Assembly: GCF_006345805.1 (NCBI RefSeq) | Contig: NC_043000.1 | Location: 75,950,001 to 76,014,000 of the forward strand | Source: Octopus sinensis | Lineage: Eukaryota | Reading direction: 5' to 3' | Length of the DNA stretch: 64,000 nucleotides | Shown: in pieces, positions 38,695 through 52,256 of the stretch | Layout of the letters: every line of letters starts with the position of its first letter | How positions within the stretch are numbered: position 1 is the first letter of the stretch | The notes under the pieces: generated by a model | The model's database searches: none | Told to the model about the DNA's origin: nothing | Seen by the model: the letters and a program-made list of their open reading frames with translations, nothing else | Program-made: the position numbers and the translations under genes

Positions 38695-39926
38695 CAACAC
38701 ACACCTTCTCTCTCTCTCTCAGTTAATCACACATTCACTGAAAAAAGATGCGAGAAAAAATAAATAAAAAATGTACGTCGTCACTCTTTCTCTCTCTCTC
38801 TCTCTCACATACACACACAACACACTTTCTGTCTCGCACCTACCATCAACACATACACACGCCCATGTCCATTTCCTCTCTCTTTCACTTTATGCTTACT
38901 TCAAACAAAATGTACATTTCCACTCACAAAAATAAATTTTAAAAACTTGTTTACGGAATTTACTGAACGCCGTAAAGTAACAGCTGAGCTGCGCGCACAC
39001 ACCTTCAAGTTAAAACGAAAGATTGCCAAAAATGTCTAGGCTATTGCCAAAATTTCTAAATAATATTAAAATTTAAAAAAAATTTTAATGATATAATTGC
39101 ATTAATTAATACAGATGACGTAATTAAACTAATTGCAAATTAGCAGTGTCGTTGATAATTTTTTCCTTACCTCAATGATGCTGGTGACATATATTAAAAA
39201 TCCCTTATAGAACTATATTCATAAAAAGTGTAGAACTATATTATCACCCTCGAATTTGAGAAACAAACACTCATAACCTTTTTCTTTTAAAACTTCATTC
39301 CATGAGACTGATACCATGAAATTCTTCGAATTGAGCTCATCATTTCAGCTTAATTAAAATATAGTTTGTTTTTAAAATAAAAAAGTTAATCATATTTAAA
39401 TCCAATTTTTTGCCTTACTTATATTTTTTCATGATATTTTACCTCAACTTTTTTTATACAAATTTTTGCTGCATGGGATCAAAACTATGAAATTCTTAAT
39501 GCTTTCTTCTATCAGTGAAGCTAAGATAAATATATTTTGCTTTTAAAATGAAAAAGTTATTTAAATCTAATCTTGATTGGAGGCGTTACTTACTCTCCTA
39601 TAACGTTGCTACAAATTTTGATGTAAACTTGACCAAATTTCAATCTTTGACGCCAAAATGTATTTAGGGACTAGTCCTCTTAAAAAATGTTAACAGTTTT
39701 CAATTTGGTTAAGAACTGAATTAGCGACAAAGCTTTGAAGATGCTGCGTGTGGATAAATTGTGGTCGAAAGAATATTATTCAACTAATACTGTAGTTGAA
39801 TGATGAATTAAGGATGTTTTTAAAAGATACTATATTCTATCATCAGAATATATATATTTCCTCACACAAGAATTAAGATATATTTATCTTAAATCACTTT
39901 TTTGGAGAGAGAAAACTATTCTCTCT

Positions 39927-39996
<70 letters not shown>

Positions 39997-40608
39997 CTCT
40001 CACAAAAAATGAAACCCAAGCGTGTTTGGGCGCGAAAGAGTTTTGTGTTTTTTCTAAAATTCTGGTATAAAGCTGAAAATATTTAATGAAGAAAAAAGTG
40101 CGTACTTTGTTGGTATTAATCCATGATTTGACAGCAAAGAAGTAAGTAGTAATTTGTCGGTGAATTTTTACCTGTCTACTTATACATATATATATATATA
40201 TAGTTAATCCAAACATGAAAACACAACAACGCGAGAACGTGGAAAAAATTTAGTATTATTGGACGCTCAGGAAGGAAGGAAAGAAGGAGGGTTTAACATT
40301 TCGAGCGAAGCTCTTCGTAAGAAACATAGGAAAAGGAAAGATCCAGAGAAGGGAAGACAGAGGAAAAAAAATCGCCAACGGTACACACGCGGTCACGAAA
40401 ATGGAGGAACAAATTCATTTTCTTATTTGTATTATGAATTTACGGTAAAATATTTTACCTTCACCCATCCAATACAATAAATGAATTAATTGCATTGCAA
40501 TTATAAGCTTTATGTATTTAGTATTTGGGTGCTTCACCAGCAGTATATTGGATAACTGATATCCTGATATCCCATAGTGGGTTACCCTCATAACCCCTAT
40601 CTTACTTT

Positions 40609-40650
<42 letters not shown>

Positions 40651-40964
40651 AAAAAGTCAAGGTAGAAAATGCTAAAATAATTTTATAAAAAACATTTCAG
40701 TACCGGTTTCGATCATTGAGACTTTTTCAACTGTAAGTATGGAAAACAATTAAAGTTTGGAAAAATTAAATGAAAAGTATTTTAAAAGAATATTTGCATA
40801 ATATTTTCCTTGTCTCTGCCTGTCTCTGTCTCTCTTGTGCATACATTACGACTTCAGAAAAAATATTTTCAACATAAAATACACACAATATGAACGTGAA
40901 CATATTAATCCACATTTTCTATTTATTTAATAACGAACCATGTAATCCGCACTATGGAAAACGT

Positions 40965-41370
40965 TTTTTGGGGAGTGGTGGGGTGAAATTTCCAAGTGTT
41001 CCACTCTCCACCCCGTTTTCCGGACCAAAGAAGGATTTTGTGGCATATTAGGAGGTCACCGTAATTCATTCAACGAAAAAAGTATCCTATGATTCCAGGA
41101 TAGGGGGTCCGGTTTCCCACCCCATCTTTTTTCCGAACAAAAATAAAGGGTTTGCTGCATATTATTAATGAAAATCGCGCGGGTGTACTTCCCAGTGGGA
41201 GTGGAGGAGGTGAAATTTCCGAGGATTCCACTCCGTTTTCTGGACCAAAAAAAAGCATTTTGTGGTATATTAGGAGGTCACCGTAATTCATTCAACGAAA
41301 AAAAAAAAAAATTCCAATGATTCCAGTATAGGAGGGGGTCCGGTTTGCCTTCACCCCTTTTTCCGATTCC
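40965..41370. repeat. Two tandem diverged copies of a unit of about 225 bp
   Basis: atattaggaggtcaccgtaattcattcaacgaaaaaa and gggagtgg.gg.ggtgaaatttcc each occur twice. Confidence 0.75.
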
Positions 41371-41594
41371 ACTTGATTCCACGCAAAAAATCCGAGTTTT
41401 TTTTCTTAGTGAAAATCATGCGGGTCAAAGTATCGAAATTTATTCAAATTTTGAAAGAACGACAATAGGTCATCTAGCAATTCATTGTTGAACATTGGAA
41501 TTAGCGTGATATTTGTCAATTTATTTATTTTACTAAAATTCTCTAAAAATATTGGTTTTAAATTTTGGCAGAAGCCCAACAATTTCGAAGGAGG

Positions 41595-41725
41595 GGGTAA
41601 GTCGATAACATCGGACTCAGTACTCAACTGGTACTTATTTTATCGACCCCGAAAGGATGAAAGGCGAAGTGAACCTCAGTGGAATTTGTACTCAGAACGT
41701 GAAGATGAAATGTCGCCAACTATTT
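41595..41725 (-). mobile_element. SINE family 2 fragment (tRNA head plus Meta-domain-like core)
   Basis: ctggtacttattttatcgaccccgaaaggatgaaaggcgaagt is the reverse complement of the ctttgcctttcatcctttcggggtcgataaa core. Confidence 0.7.
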
Positions 41726-41746
41726 TCCCTGGCGTAAACAAGTCCA

Positions 41747-42160
41747 GGCGCAGGAGTGGCTATGTGGTAAGTAGCTTGCTTACCAACCACATGGTTCCAG
41801 GTTCAGTCCCACTGCGTGGCACCTTGGGCAAGTGTCTTCTACTATAGCCTCGGGCCGACCAAAACCTTGTGAGTGGATTTGGTAGATGGAAACTGAAAGA
41901 AGCCCGTCGTATATATGTATATAGAAATATGTGTGTGTTTGTGTGTCTGTGTTTGTCCCCACAACATCGCTTGTCAGCTGATGCTGGTGTGTTTACGTCA
42001 CTGTAACTTAGCGGTTCGGCAAAAGAGACCGATAGAATAAGTACTAGGCTTACAAAGAATAAGTCCTGGGGATCGATTTCCTCGACTAAAGGCGGTGCTC
42101 CAGCATGGCCGCAGTCAAATGACTGAAACAAGTAAAAGAGTAAAAGAGTAAACGAGTAAG
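41747..42160 (+). mobile_element. SINE family 1, full-length
   Basis: GGCGCAGGAGTGGCT.TGTGG (A box), GGTTCAGTCCCA (B-box-like), core GGCACCTTGGGCAAGTGTCTTC, internal TA/TG microsatellite, tail GGCGGTGCTCCAGCATGGCC...GACTGAAACAAG(TAAAAGAG)n. Confidence 0.9.
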
Positions 42161-42362
42161 TCCATTCTCTAGAACAAGGTAGCAGTCCATGAAAAGTTCT
42201 TAAAATAAATGTTTAAGTGAAGTTAACGTTCTTTGTGTATTTCCGAATGGTTAACTGGTGTCTTCCACGAAGCAACTGCTTTAATTTCAGCACACGATCT
42301 CAGATCAAAACAATTCCTATGCAAGTACATCTCTCCCCACTCCCACACACATGAATAAATAT

Positions 42363-42410
<48 letters not shown>

Positions 42411-42654
42411 GGTATGCAGGTCTGGGTTTGCTCCCGGACATGGAGCGTAAATGTTATGATTATAGTCGAAATGTCTCACAACGAATCATTTACTTTAAAA
42501 TCAAATTTACCTATTTGTCACTCCAGAAAATAGCTTCATACTGAACTAGGAACTAGCATATTTTGATATGTGTACTTTAATACTTTATGAAAATTTCGAA
42601 GGGTATATTAGTTTAACCCCTTCCTTTTTCGATAGTCATATTTAAAGACCTTAA

Positions 42655-42865
42655 GGCAGCGAGCTAGCAGAATCGTTAGCACGCAGGGCAAAATACTTAG
42701 CGACATTTCATCCGTCTTTACGTTCTGAGTTCAAGTTTCGCTGGAGTCGACTTTGCCTTTCATCCTTTCGGCGTCGATAAAATAAATACCAGTTGAACAC
42801 TGAGGTTAGTGTTATCGACTTACCTCTCCCTCGAAGTTGCTAACCTTGTGCCAAAATTTGAAGTC
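42655..42865 (+). mobile_element. SINE family 2
   Basis: ggcagcgagctagcagaatcgttagcacgc...gttctgagttcaag...gtcgactttgcctttcatcctttcggcgtcgataaa. Confidence 0.8.
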
Positions 42866-43172
42866 AATATTTAAACACCTTAACATAGAGATATGATATA
42901 TACGTCTGTATGTATATATGTGCATGCATATCTTTCTTAATTATGTCATTTCTGCTTTCCCTGAAGGATGTAGTTTCTAATAAAGTAAAACGACACTATC
43001 GCTGGAATTTCAATAACAATTTGGATATCGATAGGCGTTACATGATGAACTAAAGGAAAGCCTTGTAAATTTTTGCTATTTAGCTTGTAAAATGTACTTG
43101 CGAACAACCTATTTGTTGATGACTTTATTTGCCTGAAGTACTTGCTCTTTGAGATTGTTAACATTTGCTAAC

Positions 43173-43580
43173 GGTAAGAAGCTTACTTCTCAATCACATG
43201 GTTCCGGGTTCAGTCCCACTGCGTGGCACCTTGGACAAGTGTCTTCTATTATAGCCTTGGGCTGACCAAAACCTTGTGAGTGGATTTGGTAGACAGAAAC
43301 TGAAAGAATCCCGTCATATATATATATATATATATATATAAATAATATTTATGTGTGTGTGTGTCTGTGTCAGCGCCTCCCCCGCTATCGCTTGACAACC
43401 GATGCTGGTGTGTTTATGTCCCCGTAACTTAGCGGTTCGGCAAAAGAGCCCGATAGAATAAGTACTAGGCTTACAAAGAGTAAGTCCTGGGGTCGATTTG
43501 CTCGACTAAAACCCTTTATGGCAATGCTCCAGCATGGCCACAGTCAAATGACTGAAACAAGTAAAAGAATAAAAAAATAA
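43173..43580 (+). mobile_element. SINE family 1, 5'-truncated
   Basis: Colinear match to 41747-42160. Confidence 0.88.
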
Positions 43581-44790
43581 ACGAATACCATAATGCACCA
43601 AGAATTATGGGTATAAATATAAATTTATAATCAGTCTAAAGATGCTACATGTCTTGAAGCAGTTATCTACAAATATTCTCTTTAGAAGAGATGTTCATCA
43701 ATGTCGGGTTGTTTACCAGTATGAATGCAAAAGTAAGTTTTTCTTGTGCAAATAATTGTATCAGATCTTTTACGTTTGCATTTTCGCAGCTGAGTTGAAA
43801 TTTTGCTTACACTGGAAATAGATTAGGGATTTCTGCAATAAAATAAATACTACTAGGAAATAACTCGGCCTAAAAATTGAATGGGTAACTCTGTTGACTA
43901 TCATTCCAATAAAGAAATTTAAATTTATAAATTAAACAACAAAATTGTGATAGATATATGTTTTATTTATTTTTTTAATTATTTTTTCAGTATCACGATT
44001 ATTGAAATTATCAAAATAAATTAACAGTTCTTCATCCGTACTGTCGTTTCTGCAATAAAATAAATTTGCAAGAAATTAATATATTTATCGGATTGGGTAT
44101 ACACAGTGAATTTCAAATTTTAAAAAGTTAGTATATCTAAGTACAATATAAAATTTAAATTTCAAAAAGTGTACATTAGATTAAATGTCACATGATTATA
44201 CAACAAAGTATTAAAAATTCATCAGAGCCTCAGATTTTAAAGCCCAGTTCACACACTCATAAACTATATACAGTGTCACTCATATCCTGAAACGTGACAC
44301 TGTATATAGGATATTTTACAAATATATCTCCAAATGGTCCATATTACTATTTAAACAGTTGAATATATACATAAACATGAATATTTGTAACATTAAGAGC
44401 AATGTCGTGCAAAACATGTATTAGCGATTTGACATAAGTGAAAATTTGGCATAAATGAAAATTGAAAGTTAACTATTTACTTCCATGTATATTATTAAAT
44501 GTATGCATTTATAAGAAAAAAAAACTTAGAAGACAACAATTGCTTTCTTCGAGACATTTCTAAAACATTAAAATGAACAAGTTCGATTGATGATTGAAAA
44601 GTGATCTCTAGTGCCATTTGGTTCATTGCATGAATCCAGTAGTTTGATAACATTCCAGTTTGTATGCTAAATACCATCTAATTGCTGGATGATTATTTTC
44701 TGTTTAATATGAGAAATAAAATAGGGGTTACAAAGGGTAAAGAATGAATTAAATTTGTTACGTTAGGGATAGTGAAACACTAACAAAACA

Positions 44791-46970
44791 TTAATAAAAC
44801 ACTTTACTCCCCAGACTATAACAATCATATTTGGTACACTTGACCTTCCCATTTGAACAGTCACAAAAATTGCATTTATCATGAGTCATGAACATTTCTC
44901 CATCTTCCTAAGATTTTCCATAATACTGGCATGTCGGGGGACAATACTTTTTAGTACAAGCTACTTAACCAAACTGTCCACATCTACAAGTATTGCAGCC
45001 ATCTTTGAATGTTTCACCGACAGAATAAGATTTTCCTTTGTATATGTAGGGCTTACTGCATAAATTTTGTTCACAATCCACTCTTCCATCGGAGGTGCAC
45101 TGACATTTGTTGCAATCATTATACCATACAGAACCAATTTCATAAAGCTTACCGTTGTAATTACAGGAACAATGAATTTTTTGCAGCTAACCTCACCATT
45201 ATATTGACAAGTACAAGTATTGCAGACATCTTTGAATTGAGCTCCGAAATCATAAACTCTATTTTTGTAAGTGCAAGTACATGTATTTGTCGTGCAGTCT
45301 ACGCTACCATCGGCTTTGCAAGTGCATGTATTATAGCCATTTTTAAATGTTGTACCAATTTGGTAGGTGTTTCTATAGATTCTTAGAACACTGTACTATA
45401 CCGCTCGGTAAACATTCACACTGATTACAATCTTCATGAAATTTATTGTTAATGTGATAAATTTGTCCTTTACATGTGCATTTACATGGCTTGCCTGTAC
45501 AATCAACTTCTCCATTGTATAGACATTTACAAGTATTGTAATCATCGTTAAATACTGCTCCGATATAATAAACCATATTTTTGTAAGCACAAGTACACAG
45601 ATTTGTTGTGCAGTCTACAGTACCATTACTGTGCACGTATTACAATCCTTTTTAAATGTAATACCTATTTTGTAGGTGTTTCCATTGTACATACAGTTAC
45701 ATGGGTTACTAGTACAGCTTACTTTACCGTTCTCTTCACGCGTACATGTATTACAACCCTGTTTAAATGATTGACCTACACTATATATCTGGTTGTTATA
45801 AGTACATTTACAAACGTTCGTAGAACGTATCCAATTGATAAACATTGGCATTGGTTGCAATCTTCCGAAAATTTATCAGCAATACGATAAGTTTGTCCTT
45901 TATGTGTACATCCACATGGTTTATTTGTGCACTCAACTTGTCCGTTATGTTCACATTTAAAAGTATTGCAATCATCATTAAATTGTGCTCCGAAATTATA
46001 AACTCTTTTATTGTAAGTGCAGGTACATTGATTTGTGGTACAATCTACAGTACCATCGGCTTTGCATGTGCACGTATTACAGTCCTTTCCAAATGTATTA
46101 CCTATTTCGTAGGTGTTTCCATTGTATATACAGATACATGGTTTATTTGTACAGCTTACTCTACCGTTCACTTCACACGTACATGTATTACAACCCTGTC
46201 TAAATGATTGACCTACGTTATAAAGTTGGTTGTTGTAAGTACATTTGCAAACGTTGGTAGAACATTGAACGTAGCCAGTTGATAAACATTGGCATTGGTT
46301 GCAATCTTCCGAAAATTTATCAGCAATTCGATAAGTTTGTCCTTTATGTGTACATCCACATGGTTTATTTGTGCACTCAGCTTGTCCGTTATGTTCACAT
46401 TTACAAGTGTTTCAATCATCGTTGAATTGTGCTCCAAAATCATAAATCCTTAATTTTTTAAGTACAGGCACATCTATTTGTTGTGCAGCCTACAGTACCA
46501 TAAGCTTTGCATGTGCACGTATTACAATCCTTTCTACATGTAGTACCTATTTGGTAGGTGTTTCCATTGTATGTACATTTACATGGTTTGTTAGAGCACT
46601 GCACAATACCGCTTCTTAAGCATTCACATTGGTTACAGTCATTACTAAATCTTTGTCCAACTCGATAAGTCTGTCCTTGGTAAGTACATTGACAGATTTT
46701 CTTTGTACATTCTAACTGACCGTTGCCTCTACAATAGCAAGTGTTACAATCCCCTTCAAATTTCTGGCCCACATTTAATACTTTTCCTCTGAAGTAACAC
46801 TTACAAATGTTCTTTGTACATTTAACCTGACCGTTACTTAAACATTCGCATGTATTGCAATCATCAGTGAAAGTTTGGCCGTTTTGATATCGTACATTTT
46901 TATAATAACATCCGCATCTATCGCTGTTACACTGTTCCTGTAGTTTGGCAAGTGCAAGTCTTACAGCCAT
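44791..46970 (-). pseudogene. Tandem array of about 20 six-cysteine pacifastin/VWC-like modules (37 aa, 111 bp), disrupted
   Basis: Repeating xCxYxGxxYxxGxxFxxDCNxCxCxxxGxVxCTxxxC across ORFs 46458-46970, 45776-46171, 45615-45860, 45373-45636 and 44961-45143; final frame ends at TAA 44791-44793; multiple stops and frameshifts. Confidence 0.85.
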
Positions 46971-47139
46971 CTGTAACTTTTGTTAGAGACTGTGAACAAT
47001 AGAGTGCAACCCCTCCACTCCTATTATATGAAACCTATAGCTTCAAAATATGTTGTTCACAAGAACTCAGCTTTGTCACACAACATGAAAATTAATATAC
47101 TGATAGCAGACTTAGGATAATGAACAACGTGTCCCCACT

Positions 47140-47870
47140 ATGCGAAACCTATGAAATGAAAAAAACATATACAGAACTGCATGCACCGCATGCAGTTCTC
47201 TGGATATGATAAGAAAGATAGGGTTCCAGTATACAGGGGTGCTAGTAAGAAATTAGATAACATTATACTTAATGATACAAGTGGTACTTGCCCTAGATAT
47301 AGAAACAAAGACTGGAATAGGATACAAAGAACTTGTGACAAAGCAAATTGGGCGAACATGTGGTATAAAACCGAAGAATATCAAAGAGTGATGTTTATAG
47401 AGGCCACAGCCCATAGAACTAGCCCGTAGATTTAGGAAAGCTCTGAAGAAAACCAAAATCAACATTAAGATTGTTGAAAACCAGGGAACTCCATCAGTTC
47501 ACAACTATGTAGGACGTACCCCTTTGAGAATACCATATGCATCAATGATAACTGCATGACATGTAGGATTAGCCCTGGCATTAACTGTAGAACTCGAAAT
47601 GTAGTTTACACCATAAGATGCATAAAAGGTGCTTGTAAAGACATGAACATGACATACATAGGAGGGACATCTAGGAGCATTGCGGAACAACTAAATGAAA
47701 ATTCGAGACAATATGACGACAAAAAGCAGTCCTCCGTACTCTACCAGCATACAAAGGACCAACATGAAGGTAACCTGGGTCAACTTGACATCTGCATCTT
47801 ATCCAAGCACCCAAAGAACACTCAGACAAATACGGGAGTAAGTCCTCATAAATGAAGCTTCCCCTATACT
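47140..47870 (+). mobile_element. Penelope-like element, GIY-YIG endonuclease relic
   Basis: CRTRNVVYTIRC...C.....YIGGTSRSIAEQLNE...SVLYQHTKDQHEG...ILSKHP is a PLE GIY-YIG pattern; upstream VPVYR and VMFIEAT fragments fit the PLE linker. Confidence 0.75.
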
Positions 47871-47954
47871 AAATAGGAAATATACATAGCAGATATCATA
47901 TTCCCATACATACAGTTTACATAGGTAGAGTAGAATAGTTAGTGTGCTATTATG

Positions 47955-48041
47955 TAGATGTATGTATGTATGTATGTATGTATGTATGTATGTATGTATG
48001 TATGTATGTATGTATGTATATGTGTGTGTGTGTGTGGGTGG

Positions 48042-48097
<56 letters not shown>

Positions 48098-48137
48098 GTT
48101 GATAGATGTATGTATGTGTGTTTGGATAGGTGTATGA

Positions 48138-48195
<58 letters not shown>

Positions 48196-48690
48196 ATGTA
48201 TGTCAGCATATGGATATGAATGTAAACAGATCAACATACAGACGGAGAGTTACATAGCTTATATGAACAAACAAGCACACATACGTAAATGAAGACTGAA
48301 ACATTACCATATATACACACACACTTTATTTCACACAAGGACACATATGGAAATACACGTCCACACATATAGAGATACACATCCATACATACAAATAGGG
48401 TACATAGTTGCAAAACACACACACACACACACACTCAGACATGCACACACAAGGAGACAGAGGTACACACAAACATATACAAACACACACACACACATAC
48501 ATAAAAACACACAAACATGGCCTCGCAAACACATGGATATGCAGTATACATACATACAAATGTATACACATAAATAGATACATATGCACACACACACATA
48601 CACGCATACTAACACATGCGTACATACATACATGCATGAATGTATAGGCACACACACACACACACACACTGATCCACTCTCATACGCACA
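47955..48690. repeat. Compound (TATG)n/(TA)n/(CA)n low-complexity tract
   Basis: Directly visible; source of several spurious ORFs. Confidence 0.9.
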
Positions 48691-48922
48691 AACAAACAAA
48701 AAAGAACGCAGTGCGCGTAACGGACAGTAAAAACTATTGAAAAGGTTACAAGACGCAACGAAAATTTTACAAAAATAAAAAAAGAAAGAACTGGAAATTT
48801 TACCGGTGAGTGTGTTAAATTATAAGGCACCCAAGCACAAGAGAATATACTTTATTTATTTATGTGAAAATATGTGAACATGCACATATACGTGTATGTA
48901 TTATGCATGTGCATGTGTATAT

Positions 48923-49001
<79 letters not shown>

Positions 49002-49128
49002 TATTTATTTGTATGTTACATGCTTTTATACATCATATATCATATATCATATTAGCGCTTTCGTCCATCTAGTGGAGTCGTCAAATTTCTTCTAATATAA
49101 AATACCTGTACATCATCTCCAAACCTTC

Positions 49129-49221
<93 letters not shown>

Positions 49222-49234
49222 TTATTTTTATTAT

Positions 49235-49912
49235 CTTATTTTATGAGTCTGAGGCCATGCTGGTGCACTGCCTTTCCTGCATCCGAGGGTTTTTCCAGTA
49301 TTGCTTCTGGTGAAGTAGCGAGTTGGATGTTGCAGCTCTTCTTTGTGCCTCCTGCGGCGGCATGGTGGGTTCATCCGGTATTGCAGATAAAAAACTGTCT
49401 AGACGTTTTTTGAAGACTTCCATATCTACATCTTACAGATCCTTGATGTTCTCAGGTAGGGCATTAAAAATTTGTGATCCCTTGAATCCCAAGCTATTAC
49501 AATGGTTCGTATCCTCGATGAAGATGGGACCTTTGGTACTGTGCAGTACCGTCCAGTTCGGGGATTGTTGTAGATTTCTATTCCGAAAATTGGAGCTAGA
49601 CCCTCCATTATTTTCCATATGGAAAAAGTAGAGTGCGAGTTCCTTCAACCTCTCCCAGTAGCCCATGTGTTTTGCTGAGTCTGTCTTCTTTGTGTAGTGG
49701 CATTGCATCGCCACTAGTTCTCACAATTAATTTTACACTCTGTGGGGACCACAGTTGGGAGCAGTAGACCAGACGACTGATTACAAAGGTTCTCCAAAAC
49801 AGAAGCATTGTCTCTGTTCATGGTCCTGAAGGATATAAAGATCCAATCTGCCACCCACCTGCATAGTGTTGCTATCTGAACAATGTGCACATGGAAAGTT
49901 GCATCGTTGCTC
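49235..49912 (-). mobile_element. CR1-like LINE 3' fragment, same family as 15365-19024
   Basis: SNDATFHVHI, SRLVYCSQLWSP, GSQIFNALPENIKDL, VFKKRLDSFLSAIPDEP...AATSNSLLHQ; tail ggcagtgcaccagcatggcc. Confidence 0.85.
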
Positions 49913-49914
<2 letters not shown>

Positions 49915-49945
<31 letters not shown>

Positions 49946-50360
49946 TGTATGTATGTATGTATGTATGTATGTATGTATGTATGTATGTATGTATGTATAT
50001 AACGGGAAGCTTACGAAAATAAACAAAAGACGAAGGTAGGTGGAGTACAAACAAACAATTGTATTAGTGTGGCGCTCAAGAATAGAAATAAAACAAGTCT
50101 TTTACGTTTCGAGCCTACGCTCTTCAACAGAAAGATACACAGAAAAGAAACACGGAGAGAAACAAATACATACATACATATATATGTATGTATGTAGTAT
50201 ATATATATATATGTGTGTATGTATGTATATATATATATATAATATATATATATATATAATATATAATATATATATATACTTATATATATATACTTATATA
50301 TATGTATATACATATATATATATGTATATATATATATATACTTATATGTATATATGTATG

Positions 50361-50416
<56 letters not shown>

Positions 50417-50714
50417 TACATATATGTTATATATATATACTTATATGTATGTATATATATATATTATACATATGTATGTGTATACATATGTGTGAAAGAT
50501 ACACAGAAAAGAAACACGGAGAGAAACAAATACATACATACATATATATGTATGTATGTAGTATATATATATATGTGTGTTTATGTATGTATATATATAT
50601 TATAATATATATATATTATATATACTTATATATATATATACTTATATATATGTATATACATATGTATATGTATGTATATTATTATATATATATACCTATA
50701 TGTATATATGTATG

Positions 50715-50763
<49 letters not shown>

Positions 50764-50850
50764 TATACTTATATATATATATATATATATATACTTATAT
50801 GTATGTATATATATATATATACATATGTATGTGTATACATATGTGTGATT
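49915..50850. repeat. TA-rich tract with a duplicated spacer of about 90 bp
   Basis: gaaagatacacagaaaagaaacacggagagaaacaaatacatac at about 50130 and 50494. Confidence 0.85.
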
Positions 50851-51990
50851 ATTCATTTTTATACTTTTTGTTATCTAAGTATATGTTTTTAAAAATATTT
50901 TTTAATTTTCATTTATGATTTGGTTTATATCTATTATTGTTTGAATTGCATAATAGTGGTTTTTCTCTTATTTATATATTATATATTATATATTCATATT
51001 GTGAAATTTGATTGAATGCTAAATTGAATTTTCCCTGTAAGTTTGGAGTTATACTCGCTAATATTATTATTATTATTATATATGTGTGTATAAATATATA
51101 TATATATAAGTTCAGCAAAATTTAGATTTAAATGAATATGGTACTTAAGTTAGATGAATATGGTACTTAAGTTAGAATATGGTAATTAAGTAATTACTTC
51201 TCTTCATAAAAATAAATCACCTTCTACTAAACCTATGAAAACCTTTCTTCTTGATTACTCCTCTTCCAGTTTTCCTATCATATATATTTGACCCCTAATA
51301 TATTCACTTGATTAATAAGACTTTTGTCCTCAGTTAATGAGTATTATGCCTACTCATAATAAGTGATAGATTTTTCTCCAAAATGAATAAATATTTATAA
51401 TTTCTCCTTTAATCCAACGTATCAAAATATTCAAAATCTACCAGCTAAGTATAAAGTTGATGTATATAAGTATAAAAGAATCTCTGTACTCTCTATAAGT
51501 GGTCACTGTGACCATTTGACATTGACCTAGTTTTCCTAATACAAAATCTGTTTGCCAAATAGTAGTATACAGCCTCTGTAGCATTACAACCCTCTCTTTA
51601 CCTTAATTTCTTTATATAGAACTTTGACATCTATTTCACCCCTGTTTCTATTAATAGAAAATCTTTCTTGTCTCCTTTCAATTGATCATTCTTCCTAAAC
51701 CTTCTAGTAGTTCAAAACAACTGAATATTCTGAATATTCTTCAGTCAGTTGATAAACTCTACTACCTTAATGTTCTTTAAATTTAAATCGACATCTTTGT
51801 CTATATATCTACCTTCTCTATAATGTTATCAATTGATATGAAAATTATGTATTAATGGAAAACCTCTATTAATGGCTGATGATTGCTCAACATTTTAAAC
51901 CTGCTGTAATACTTACAACATTTAATAAAATGATGTAGCGTGTAATGATCGTACCAAATCACTGAAGTTATTCTTGTTGCTTATTTTGAT

Positions 51991-52045
<55 letters not shown>

Positions 52046-52256
52046 GTGTGTGTGTATGTATGTATATATATATATTTGTGTGTGTGTGTATTATGTATAT
52101 ATATATATATTTGTGTGTGTGTATGTATATATATATATATATGTGTGAGTGTGTGTATACAGTAATCTTTCGACTTCAAAAACCTACCACATAAATATTT
52201 AAAATCTAAAAAAAACATAAATACCTATCGGCTGCAGAAACCTGCGATATACTGAG

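Noticed and set aside
41747-41830. tRNA genes at SINE heads (also 6870-6944, 42655, 61837)
   Set aside because: A/B-box-like motifs only, no convincing cloverleaf, continuous with SINE bodies.
45009-46207. Plus-strand ORFs 45009-45386 and 45845-46207
   Set aside because: Antisense shadows of the cysteine-module array.
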